This document shows, in pieces, positions 52,877 to 64,000 of a stretch of DNA of 64,000 nt. The stretch is from Ginglymostoma cirratum. Lineage: Eukaryota. The notes under the pieces were generated by a model. It was not told the origin of the DNA. It did not search any database and was given only the letters and a program-made list of their open reading frames with translations. The translations under genes were made by a program, and so were the position numbers. Within the stretch, counting starts at the first letter, position 1. Every line of letters begins with the position of its first letter. The stretch is taken from positions 18,984,471 to 19,048,470 of the forward strand of contig JAHRHZ010000035.1 in NCBI GenBank assembly GCA_024137785.1, written 5' to 3'.

Positions 52877-53639
52877 TTGAACAGAAGGAAGTTAGTTGAT
52901 AGCGAAGGTTAAGGAATAAGCTGTAACATGATGAATTTGGGTATCCCTCAATTATCTGATTGACTTTGACTTTGAGCATGTATCTCAAAGTCCGAGCCTA
53001 TGTTTCTATCCTGATTTCACTTACACGGCAGAGCGTCCATTTCAAAGCAACCATTCCTCTCTGTAACCAGAAAGTCAAATTGAAGTTTTCGCTCTGCTCT
53101 AACTCACCTTCGCCTCTGAGGGAATTAGGTCTGTGACTCTTAATAAATGGCGAGACGCTGGCATTCCTTAGTGTCGCTGCCTTGTGTTCGATTCATAATT
53201 TATTGTGCCTGTCTACTTCATATTTCTACTTTATATGAATTAATTGCAACAATATAAATCATTTATGTCAATAAACCAAGCTTTACATGAACCTTTTTTC
53301 TACAATATCATATTGCAATAATTAAATCATGTGTTTAAACAGCTAATGTGTTTACACAATGTCAACCATGCTTGGTTTATACAGAAATAATATTCCTTTT
53401 TTAAAAGGTGCAAAACAAACAGGTTAGAACAAACTCCTTGTATTTTTCCTCCATTCAGACCCTTGCTACAGAGCAGTGGCTGTAACACTTTGCAAAACGC
53501 AGTATAAGTACAAGTAACTTTTCAGCATTTTAAACGTTGGTTTGAAAATGTAATGAAGTGAGACTATCAGAAGTGTGATTTTAAACTTGAAATGATGACA
53601 ATCTGTGGTTTGGCTGATTGCAACAGCATCATGTGAAAA

Positions 53640-54370
53640 TCAGAGACATATAGTAAAAAGGAGACCGAGTCGGCCATTTGGGCCCACAGGCCTACATCAC
53701 CATTCAATATGATCATGGTTGATCATCCAACTCAATAGCTTATTCCAGCTCTTCTGCTTTATTCTTTTGATCACTTCAGCCATATCCAACTCCTATCTGA
53801 AATCAAAGAACAAAGAACAATACAGCACAGGAACAGGCCCTTGAGCCCATTAAGACAGTGCCAATACATGATGCATCTCTAAGCTAAAAACCTTTTGTCT
53901 CTACATGGTCCATATCCCTACATTTCCTGTCTATTCATAACTGTCAAGATGCCTGTCAGACATTGCTATTGTATTCACCTCCACCAACTCTTCTGACAGC
54001 GCATTCCAGGCACGTACCATCTTCTGCTTTTTTAAAAAAAAAACACTTGCCTCTCACAGCTCCTTTAAACTAACCCCTATTTACCTCAAACCAATGTCCC
54101 CTAGTAACTGACATTTTCACCTTGAGGGAGAAAAGACTCCAGCTATTGTTTGTCCAATCTTGCCACCTATCCAGTACCCTTCAAACCATGCAATACAATG
54201 TTTTGCATGGACTGGATTCCACAGGATCACCTCTCTCTGGGTGAAGAAATGGCTCATCATCTCAGTACTTTAATGATTTACCCCGTATCCTCAGACTGTG
54301 ATCCCTGGGTCTGGACTCCCCTGCCATTGGGAACATCCTGTATCTAAACTGTCTATTCCGGTTGGAACGT
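53640..54370 (-). mobile_element. Nested CR1-type LINE 3' fragments
   Basis: Two CR1-like tails (gacatatagtaaaaaggagacc...ggccatttgggccc and aaagaacaaagaacaatacagcacaggaacaggccc). Confidence 0.6.
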
Positions 54371-55182
54371 TATAGGTTTAGGATGATGCAAATGATCACG
54401 ATTATGTGCAAAGAAATGCTGGATGTGGTTTATTTGTTTACATTTCTGGTAATCTGTTTATGCGAGTGACTTTTCCTCCTAATCTTTTGTAGTTACAATT
54501 CTCACTTTCTATTATTACCAGATTTATTGTTACCTCAATAAAGGACCCTAGACATCCCAGCAGATCTGTAAATTCTGGTTGTGGTATTGTTGGAACCACA
54601 TTGCTTTGTTGTTTTTAGGTCCTGAGATTCTTGAAGGCAGGGTTGGAAATCTTATTTTCTGCTGAGCCTTTACTAAAAGTCAAAGCAAAGAAAATTCATT
54701 GCAGACATGGGACAATTCAACCAGATCTGACTGTGGTAGGAGTGGAGGAAGCAATGTTATCCCACCCTCGACCCTTTGTTCAGTCTTATTATTTCCTTTT
54801 AGTCCTCTTAAATCAGTAACTCACTCCAACATTACTTTTATTGGAAGTAGAGCATTATTTGTACAATACATTTCAAACCCAAGGCAAGCTAATTCCTGTT
54901 TATAGAAAATAAATTGACTTAAAAATGATCATAACTATGACTACTCCTACGGTATTCAAATAAAAACAATTATTGCAGATGCTGGGCATTGCAAATAAAA
55001 AAATAAAAAGCACTAGAGAAAGTCAGTATGTGTTGAGAGAGAAACAGAGTTCATGCTTAAAGTCCAATATGAATTTTTGTCCTGTACAATATTTAGCTTT
55101 GCAATTGTACCTATCCTACCTGCCTGTACATTACAAGGTGACCTATCATGTCAATATTCATCTTTCATATTTTTGAATTTAG

Positions 55183-55283
55183 GTAATGGGCTAACCTTGG
55201 AGGGAGCTGTACCTTCAGACCAAGACAGTCATCCGAAACCAGCCAAGAGAGCACGGACGTCATTCACAGCAGAGCAATTACAG
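55183..55283 (+). CDS. lhx6: Lhx6 coding exon 6: [33 protein letters not shown] (linker and homeodomain start)
   Basis: Acceptor tttag|, donor CAG|gtagca, 101 nt. Confidence 0.97.
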
Positions 55284-56037
55284 GTAGCATTGCGGCAGGG
55301 ATCCCCGTCATTCTAACAACATGACAATCCATTTTATGATCAGGCACTTCCCATTCATATTGCTGTTTCTATTTCTGAACGCTACTTTTTGAATACCACC
55401 ACTGCCTGTTGAGAGGAGCATGAGACAACTAAACAGTCCAATAAAACTTTTATCTCTCAAAGTCATTCATTAAATATTGTAGTGCTTTCCTCATTAGATC
55501 ACATCATTATTTTAACTTTGTACTTTGTGTTGTTCAACTGTATCTGTCATCATTCTGCCCACTCTATTCATTTATTAATTTCCTATATAAGATAACAAGT
55601 CTTTATGCTAAAACAGAGACCTGAAGCGCTTGACACAGTTGCTGTATTGAAAGACATATTCCTGGCCAGCAAGTTATCGTTAGAGTGAGACAGTAGTGAA
55701 GAATTATTTATAAATACTGTTTAGTTTTGAAAGAACCATGGTTTACTAAAGGGACACCCAACTCCAGATGATCGAAATCAAAGAGTCTCATTTGTATGCA
55801 CATTGATCAGAATTGCTCTCTTAGGCTATTTCAAATTTTGGATTCTAAACTATCATAGCAACATCTTGTTACAAAATGTAGATCACATGACAGTTGCTAC
55901 ATTTTTATTACCTTGTCAATGACCATCTTTACCTTTTTATTAGATAACAATTGATGTCAAGTGAGAGACACTGTCTTACAAACTTTATATTGTACTCTGC
56001 CTTTGCTGACAGTACTTTTCACACTATCTGTGTACAG

Positions 56038-56133
56038 GTGATGCAGGCACAGTTTGCACAAGACAATAATCCTGATGCACAAACACTTCAGAAGCTTGCA
56101 GACATGACTGGCTTGAGCAGACGTGTTATCCAG
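56038..56133 (+). CDS. lhx6: Lhx6 coding exon 7: [32 protein letters not shown] (homeodomain)
   Basis: Acceptor tgtacag|, donor CAG|gtatga, 96 nt. Confidence 0.98.
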
Positions 56134-57129
56134 GTATGAATATGTTCACATAATGAAGAGGGTACAGATATTTGTGAATTAAGTAGCTGCAGAAATGACA
56201 CACCACTGAATACCTCATATCAAATAATAAGCATTTTTCTTTTGGAGCAATCACTCATTCAAAACAATTAGATGAAATGAAATGATTGTTATTGACCATT
56301 TTTATTTGGATACTCCTCTTGTGAATGCCAACAATAGGTGGAGCAATAAGTGCACATGGACAGGAACAGAGTGTTGCACGACCGAGTGAAAAATTGGCAG
56401 CAACAGCTACCTGTCACAGATATGGCAATGGCATCAGAATTGTACTGGGATTATACGCACTGGTTCTGATCATTCACACTTCCGGAAGATTATGCCTCAT
56501 TGAGGCACCTCTTCTCTAAGCAGCCATTCTCTCCTCTGCCCCCACCCCAGACTGAATTGACACAAGCTACTGGGTGGCAGTGTGAGAAGTGGCCGAGACA
56601 GCATGAGAGATTGGTCATTGCTTTTCTGTGGCAGTCCACACATGCACTGGTGCTGACATCACTGCACAGCTCATGCAGACATGAATCCTGCATCTATCTC
56701 CACCTGCTGACATCACTGGCCCCGTCTGCTCATGGTTTGATGACTATTGTATCGACCATTTTATTAGCCATTTTAGTATTCAGGTAATTACTGTACTTTT
56801 GTGGCTCTATGAACGAGCAGCGTTATTGATGCAGCCAGTTCCCAGAATTTATTACATTCTATCATTTTAGCTGCTGGGGCTCGTTTTCATTACAGGAGAC
56901 ATTGAACGTATACTTTAATAGTCCTTTCCATGGAAACTTCCATAACAAGAGGACAATTAAGTGGCTGGCAGCATGGTAGGTGAGTTCATGCCACGTTCCC
57001 TCCTTCACCTTGACTAATTCTATGGGGGAAAGGTTCATGGACAGCCATCCTGGCCCATCATCAATTATGGCTCTTGAATGGACAATTAATGCTTGATTCA
57101 TGTTTTCCAACCGAAAGACCACGACCCTA

Positions 57130-58210
57130 ACCTTTAGACTATTTCCTCTGCTTGAGCCTCCCCAAACTGGAAAAATAGCTATGCTCAATTATTCTACCTA
57201 TTGGATTTAATTTCTTGAAAGCATTGATCAAATCACACTTTAAACTCCTTAAAATCCAGAGAACACCATCCTAACTTGAGTAATCTCTCTACATACTTTA
57301 ACTGTTGGACTTAAAATATTATTCTTGTAAATCTGTGCTGCACAACCTCCTGGGTGTGGTGCTTAGTCTGCTCACAGTGCTCCAAGTTTGGACCAAGCAC
57401 GACCATCTATAATTTTAATTTAACTTCTGCCTTGCTAGTTAGTTAGTCAGCCTAATTATTTTCTGTGCCTCGTTCATAACATTTGATCAACCATGTATAT
57501 GGACCCCAAGCTCTTTTCGTTGTTAGATTTTCATAATTTTAGGAAATTATTCTGTTTTTAGGTGCAAAGTGGATGGCTTCACATTTATTTACATTGAAAT
57601 CTATTTATTATGTATTTTGCCCATTCATTCAATTTATTATCTCAATGTATTAGCTCCCAACTACTCTGCTGAAGATGCCATCTATCTTCATTGTACTAGC
57701 AAACTTGGATATGTAGGTTTTTAACCCATCATATAAGCTATTAATAAACTTATAAATAATTGAGGCCCCAACATGGACCATTATTGTTCAACACCAGTTA
57801 CACCCACCTAATTAGAATATCTACCCATTATCCCTATTCTGTCTCCTGCTGATCATACAATTTCCCAACAGGATTGATAATTTGCCTTCAATTTCATGAG
57901 CTTCAAATTTAGCTGATCACATCTTATGAGAGATATTATCAAATGCCTTCTGGAAATGCATTGTTTAAATAACATCCATAGACATTCTTCAAACACTATT
58001 TTAGTGACCACTTAAAAAATTCCATCAGTTTGTCAGTTGTAATCCACCGTTTATAAATTCATGCTGGCTTTGTTTGAGCAGCTAAACAGTTTCAAGGTGT
58101 TCAGTCAGTCTATCTTTAATTGTAAACCCCAACATTTCCTGACAACAGATACTTTATTAACTGGGCAAAAATTCCATGATTTCCCCTCTCACCTTTCTTA
58201 AATAGCAGAG
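57130..58210 (-). mobile_element. Old CR1-type LINE RT remnant
   Basis: Minus-strand FQKAFD (ttatcaaatgccttctggaa on plus) and ISKFAS (tagcaaacttggatat) motifs, heavily decayed. Confidence 0.65.
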
Positions 58211-59689
58211 TGGCGTAGGCAGGGTGAGATTTTGGAAGTGTCACTGTATCACCAAATAGTTCAATGTAAATTCTCCTCCTCAAAAACTTGCATCAATATC
58301 TTCCATGATATTATACCAACTAACAATTTGTTTAGTAAAATCATGAGATTCACAATGTAAATCAGCTAACATCATCTCTGAAATCAGAATTGATTTAAAA
58401 TGAAAATATAATGTTAAATTTGTCATTTCAAACTAGATTGTAATGCAACATCTATTTGATGGTTTTACTATGAAACATAATCCTTATTGTACAGAGTCCA
58501 TTAATATGAGTTGAATGAAAGACATGAGTAATATAAATGTTCTGGCTTCATATTAAGTATGACTTGTGATTCATACTCCTAAAATGCAACAAATATTCTA
58601 AATATGGCTATAGTATTGGAATGATCTCACTCAATCCGCATATATTGGCATGGATTTACAGAGTACCTGACTTGGCAGTAGTGTTATATACATCTTTAAG
58701 ATGTGGATCATTATAACTCAGACATGCCTTTGGTACTCATGTTATTCAGTTCACAGTTGCTCAGTGTGATGTCTTCTATCACCTGATTCCTGTCCTGTGC
58801 AATCTATATACACCCAAGATATGACACCACTTACTATTGCTCCACCTCTGTGTATTTTATCTTTCTAGGGATTTTTAAAAACAGTTTTCCATCAGTATTA
58901 ACATTTTCAGATTATATGGAATGTTATGTAAGTGAAAACATGTTTCATTGGAGTATAATGTAAACTGATCAGTGTTGGAAAATTCCATGTGTTAAGCAAT
59001 CTGAGTTCAGTTACCTTACAGTCCTGGATGAACTAAGAATCAAAGCAGGTTCCAGTGCAATGAGTTCATCCTTGTTTGTTGTCTGGTTCTGAATTCTGGC
59101 CACATTTGATTCATGTGGTCCATGACTGTTCTTCTACACCTAAATTGTCCAGTATTCCCTAAACATATTGTGTTCCTCTTAGGAAGTGTTTTCTTTCCAT
59201 CCAGTTCATAGAGTTGGTGAGCTGCAAGTTGATTTATGTCAAATTCAGACAGATCTTCCAAGGTGACAAATATTGAAAAGGAAAATTTCAGCTTGGAAGA
59301 AATTACACAACTCCAGATTCCGAGAGTAACTTTCATCACCTTACAGAATTTGGCTTTCATGATGAAAGTGATGGAACACAGACACACAATGGCAGCCAAG
59401 ATGCAGGGAGGAGTTCCAATGTAATATGCTTGTTGATATCAGTGTATCTGTTTTCCATATGTCTGACAATAATTGCCACCTGGTTTGTGTAGCAACAATA
59501 TTTTCCTAGAATTATAATGGAGTAATATTGAGGTATTGATTTGATGGGGAATTTAAATCCAAACATTTTATTCTAAATATTATTTCCTGCTATCCAAATC
59601 TGAATTTCGGCTGTGGATTTGAAGTGATAATTTTTTAGATTCACAAATCTAACTTTCAGATTCATTTTTTTAATGGTGCAATGTCCCTG

Positions 59690-60020
59690 TAGCTGAAGTA
59701 TGTATTTGCAGCAGGTCATAACCCAGTGGCCAGTTCACTGGACGGGAGGCCTTTGGGTATGTGGGCATCATTTGCTCAATGAACGTAGCCAAATCAGTGC
59801 AAATGTTATTGACTTCATGAAGAGTGTATGGTGATGGAATTAACATGCTCTGGAACCTCCTAAGTTGGTGACCATCTCCTACCCTGATATGCCCACATAT
59901 TTGCAGCAACAAGTTGATTTCCAACTCTTCTGCATCCATCTATCCAGTGCTAAACACTGGATTCACAAGAAGGACATGTGCATTGAGCTACAGTGGTCAG
60001 CCTGGGTATACCTAATTTAC
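59690..60020 (-). mobile_element. Possible second Harbinger transposase fragment
   Basis: Minus strand shows GIPR...caatgcacatgt (compare GFP.V.G.IDCTHV) and later ATFIEQ (compare TR..IEQ). Weak and frameshifted. Confidence 0.35.
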
Positions 60021-60395
60021 TGTTTGCCCAGCTGGAGATCAGAATTGTATGTTACATGGATGTACAAATTTATAGCTCCCATTGGTTCTGCTTGTAGTGG
60101 TGCATGATAGAATCATCCAACACTGAAGGAGGCTTTTCAAACCTTTTGAGTCTGCACTGGTCCTCCTTATTATGCATAAATTCTTATCAATTGCTTTGAG
60201 TGTACACCTAAGTTGTGTTTGTATTTGTAATCTAACTAATTTATTTATAACTCAATGGGGTATTTTAGATTTGTTCTTAAGTTTGTGTGAACTTTGTAGT
60301 TTTATGCAGCGGAAAAGATTCCTGATCGTTCGTTCAGCTCAATTGAAGGTTTTATCATGGGGTACCATGATGGAATGTGTCTGTTGCTATTGTAG

Positions 60396-60570
60396 GTCTG
60401 GTTTCAAAACTGCAGAGCACGACACAAAAAGCATACGCCACAACATGCAGTAGGTCAACCAGGTCCCCCTCGGTCGCGCCTTCCTCCGTCCCTATCAGAG
60501 GACATTCATTACCAAGCTTTCAGTCACCATGAGCGGACCAGGATGGTGGCACTTCATGGTTATGTGGAAA
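60396..60570 (+). CDS. lhx6: Lhx6 coding exon 8: [58 protein letters not shown]
   Basis: Acceptor ttgtag|, donor A|gtaagt, 175 nt. Contains the WFQN recognition helix. Confidence 0.97.
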
Positions 60571-61884
60571 GTAAGTAGATGTGTTGCATTCTGTTCCCCT
60601 TTATTTACGTAATATTCTAATGACCTCCTTTATCCAGTCATGTGGATTTCTGTAAAGTGTAAAGCATTGGGCATAAGTACAATTTTTATCAGATGACACA
60701 ATTTAAAGTCAAATTGTCTTCTACTGAGTTGAGAACCCTGAGTGCTAGATAAGATTTTAGTTAATCTGGGCCCTGATGCCACCATAGAAAGGAGCCATTG
60801 TCCTTAAATCTAATACTTGACACCAGACAGTTTAGTTGGATGGAAAGATGTAAAACTGTAACTCTTTCCTCTTGAATGACAATGACTGAGTGGTAGTCCT
60901 TGACAGCATATAGGATATTAATTGGCACGGGAATGTAAATCTGAAGCAATACTTCACAATAAACTGTTATGATAGGCTAACATTAATGAAAGTGATATTA
61001 GGAAGAAGTTATTTACAAAGTGACCATCATTTGAAATATTGTACAATTCAGGGTTGTGGAATAAATATGAAGAAACTTGATTCATTCTCCAAGGTCCAGT
61101 TGGAAGACATGATGATTGGGAGCTCATGAGCATTTTCCTAGATGTGTGAGCTAAAATGGGCCCAATGGCATTCATCACGTATAGTTATCCTGTGATGTGA
61201 ATTGCCATAGAACTTTTTTTATGCAATTTCATTGAATTTTTCATTTATACACCATTTACCTGTAATGATATTGCTGAAGTTAACTTTTTACAATGCTACA
61301 ACAGTGCGTGCTAGGTAGAAAGTTAAAACTTTTCAGGCATCTCTGACCAGGTTATACACTTGTTATACTGTTGATTAGAAGTAATCTTATTTATAATTAC
61401 TGTTATTCTCTGGTTTGCAATTAACATCACAAATTCCTATAGACTGTCCAGCATCTGAAGCAGATTCCCCCAGACCAGTGGAGTTTAGAATCATATTTGC
61501 ACAGATCTGGGAAGCAATTGCCTTGAATCCTTGTTTAGCCTAAAACAGTTTGAAACAAGGCACTAATGTGTGATGAAAGTTTTTTTTTTATCCTTTTAAA
61601 AAGAGGCTGTTTGTTTTTTTAGAATACAAGCACACTGAGTTTCATTACATCATTTAAAATAACAAAGGAATTTCACATACAAGATTTAATCCAGATTTTC
61701 AGTTTATTGTCTAGCAGGTTGATGGTGAATGACAATGGGAACATTAGTGATCACTTAGTTTTCAAGTTCACTAAGATTTGATATGCAATCCAGTCCAAAT
61801 GGATGACACTTTACTTTGTGTTTGTAACATCTAGTTTTAAACTCACATTCAGTGAAATGGCTTCTCAGCATCTACCCTGTGGAG

Positions 61885-62880
61885 GCATAGTCATAGAACT
61901 GTACAGTATGGAAAGTTGGTTCCAACTTTGTTCCAACGCAATGATGCCGACCAGATATCCTAAATTAAGCTAGTCCCATTTGCCAGCATTTGGCTCACAT
62001 CCCTCTTAAACCCTTCCTATTCATTATACCCATCCAGATGCTTTTTAAATGTTGTAATTGTACCAGCCTCTGGCCACTTTCTTTGGCATCTCATTCCATA
62101 CATGCAGACCTTGGCTATTCATCCTATCCATGTCCCTCATGATCTTATAAATTTCTATAAGGTGACCCTGCAGCCTCCGATGCTGCAGGGAAAATACCCT
62201 AACCTATTCAGCCTCTCCCTATAGCTCAAACACTCCAACCCTGGCAACATCCTTGTAAATCTGTTCTGAACTCTGTCAAATTTCACACTATCCTTCCTAT
62301 AGCTGTGAGACCAGAAATGAACGCAGTATTCCAAAAGTGACCTAACCAATGTCCTGTACCAGCTCAACATGGTCTCCCAACTCCTATACTCTATGTACTG
62401 ACCAATAAAGGATCTATGAACTTGCACTCCAAGGTCTTTTTGTTCAGTAACACACCCCAGGACCTGCCCATTAAGTGTATAAGTCCTGCTCTGATTCTCT
62501 ACGAATTTTCTGCATTTCATAGGACAGCCCTTTTATTCCATAAAATCAATCTGTTTTACTTTGATCTCCTCAACCAAGGACATATATACTCCCACTAGAG
62601 GGAATGCAATGTGTATACAATAATCCTGATATAAACTTACTGAAGTCCTCCATAATTGCAGCAAGAGCTCTTTGGTGTTATACGCCAGTGTCCTTGCAAT
62701 AAAAGCTGGAATACCAACTTTCCACCTAATTGCTTTCTGTGCATATATGTTGATTTTGTGCTTCATGTGCAAGGACACCCAAGTCACTATGACTACCAAC
62801 ATTAGTCTTTTGTGAATTAGTCTCCCTTCTTTTAAAATCATTAACTGTGATTATCTTCTCCCTGTACCAACGATATCACG
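61885..62880 (-). mobile_element. CR1 (HER1-like) LINE 3' portion plus an adjacent older CR1 fragment in the last intron
   Basis: ORF 62155-62520: YTLNGQVLGCVTEQKDLGVQVHRS...IEYRSWETMLSWYRTLVRSLLEYCVHFWSHSYRKD...RVQNRFTRMLPGLECLSYRERLNRLG, the canonical CR1 ORF2 C-terminus. Confidence 0.9.
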
Positions 62881-62961
62881 CTTTCACCATGTAAATTCTT
62901 CTGCAGTGCTAATGTGCTATGTTCAAATGTATTGCTATAGATGCTCTCCTCTTATTTTTAG

Positions 62962-63041
62962 GCCATCCATTTTCAGTATTGACAACACAGTCTATTCCAC
63001 ACCAAGCTTTGGCTCTGCCACAGTTGCCAATCAGCCGTTGA
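62962..63041 (+). CDS. lhx6: Lhx6 terminal coding exon 9: SHPFSVLTTQSIPHQALALPQLPISR*
   Basis: Acceptor ctcctcttatttttag|, phase 1 matching exon 8, TGA at 63039-63041. Resembles the SHPFSVL...PQLPLSR C-terminal isoform of mammalian LHX6. Confidence 0.92.
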
Positions 63042-64000
63042 TCCCTCCATCAAAAACAGTCTTTGAAGAACAGATGGCATTCATGGATCGTGTGACAAGC
63101 AAAAATTTAATTCATAAATCCCACTTGTGTAAAATCTAAGTCATGTATTAAGATGTAATGACCTATCTACATCCTGTTCATGGCTTGGTTTTCAAATAGT
63201 ATGAAATTCAATTCCTTACATAAGGAAACAAGATTAGAAAATGCTGGAAACACTCAACCAACAGGATCTTCAGATAACAGCCAAGTTAACCTTTCAGACG
63301 TGGACCCTTTGCTAGACCAGTTTTCCAGCATCTGGGGTATTTTGCTTTTTGTTCATTGTCTAAGGACCATTTCACTAATCCGAAGGCTGGACCTTTTGAT
63401 TTTGACAGGATTAGGACCGACCTCGATGAAAACCAATGTTTTTGCCCATTTTGTTTCTAGTGACAGTATTAACGTTTTTTCTACACCAGAGGTGATTAAA
63501 GCAGCTGCTGCGACCAATCACCTCTGCATTGTATCAGTAATATTTGGCTTGAGGTGAAATGACTTTGAACTTTGATTTGCTTCTATTTCATTTATTGACA
63601 ATGCAGTATGAAGGCGTTCTGCATTGTAGTTCATGCCTCCCAATATTAGCTGCAACTAGGTCATCTTTAAACATCCTGGTCTAGTATCAGTCAATGTGGA
63701 TGGTTCACTTGTACTGCATTTCTTGAATTGGTATTTTTCAGCTCCCAAAATCACTTGGCAGAATAATAACTAGCATTCCTTCAGCCCATCAACTCGAGTC
63801 ATGGACAAGGTGCTCCAGTCCATGTTTTAAAAGCCTAACGTTCGGGCTCTGTTTTGGGTCTTCTTTTCAAAATGACTTGCAAATGGAAACTTCCCCAAGT
63901 ATATTCTGTTATTGTACCACTTGCAGATCAGCCAGTCCACATCAACCAGGAATTTACTCACTACACTGAGAATGCATCACCCTGCAGCAACAGTATGGTG

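Larger units (their letters stand above)
15176..63041 (+). other. lhx6: Lhx6 gene span (start codon to stop codon), 9 coding exons, 1128 nt CDS, 375 aa LIM-LIM-homeodomain transcription factor
   Basis: Exons of 78+72+183+122+221+101+96+175+80 nt join into one open frame with GT-AG introns. The protein has two LIM domains and a homeodomain ([58 protein letters not shown]). [34 protein letters not shown] and KLADMTG are Lhx6-type rather than Lhx8-type residues. Confidence 0.97.

Noticed and set aside
60571-62961. Homologue of the mammalian QVQCGQVHCRLPY...GEK cassette exon
   Set aside because: No matching peptide with suitable splice sites found by eye, and much of the intron is CR1-derived.
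15176-63041. Assignment as Lhx8 (Lhx7)
   Set aside because: Most diagnostic positions ([45 protein letters not shown]) are Lhx6-type.
63495-63500. ATTAAA as the Lhx6 poly(A) signal
   Set aside because: A single variant hexamer in AT-rich DNA with no supporting evidence. The 3'UTR may extend beyond the window.

Overview
This is vertebrate genomic DNA, almost certainly from a cartilaginous fish (shark), judging by the HE1/V-SINE, DeuSINE, CR1 and Penelope repeat content. It is not prokaryotic. The window holds the complete coding sequence of the LIM-homeobox gene Lhx6 on the + strand: 9 exons, ATG at 15176, TGA ending at 63041, 1128 nt / 375 aa, all introns GT-AG and phase-consistent. The rest is non-coding DNA with degenerate Harbinger, Gypsy and CR1 remnants and SINEs. 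The most striking non-gene signal is a set of young Penelope-like (PLE) terminal-repeat insertions. Several are fold-back (inverted) elements with 14-15 bp target-site duplications and an asymmetric ~34-49 nt tail. They carry a minimal hammerhead ribozyme core (CUGANGA-A-helix II-GAAACGUC) with a palindromic helix III, and helix II co-varies across older related families. These elements cluster in Lhx6 intron 5, and both 400-N assembly gaps fall inside them. A motif-dense candidate enhancer/promoter (Pbx-Meis, Nkx2-1-type and TAATTG sites) lies just upstream of exon 2. The last exon keeps a second short reading frame resembling the alternative mammalian LHX6 C-terminus. Homologue comparisons are from memory of the families; no database search was run.
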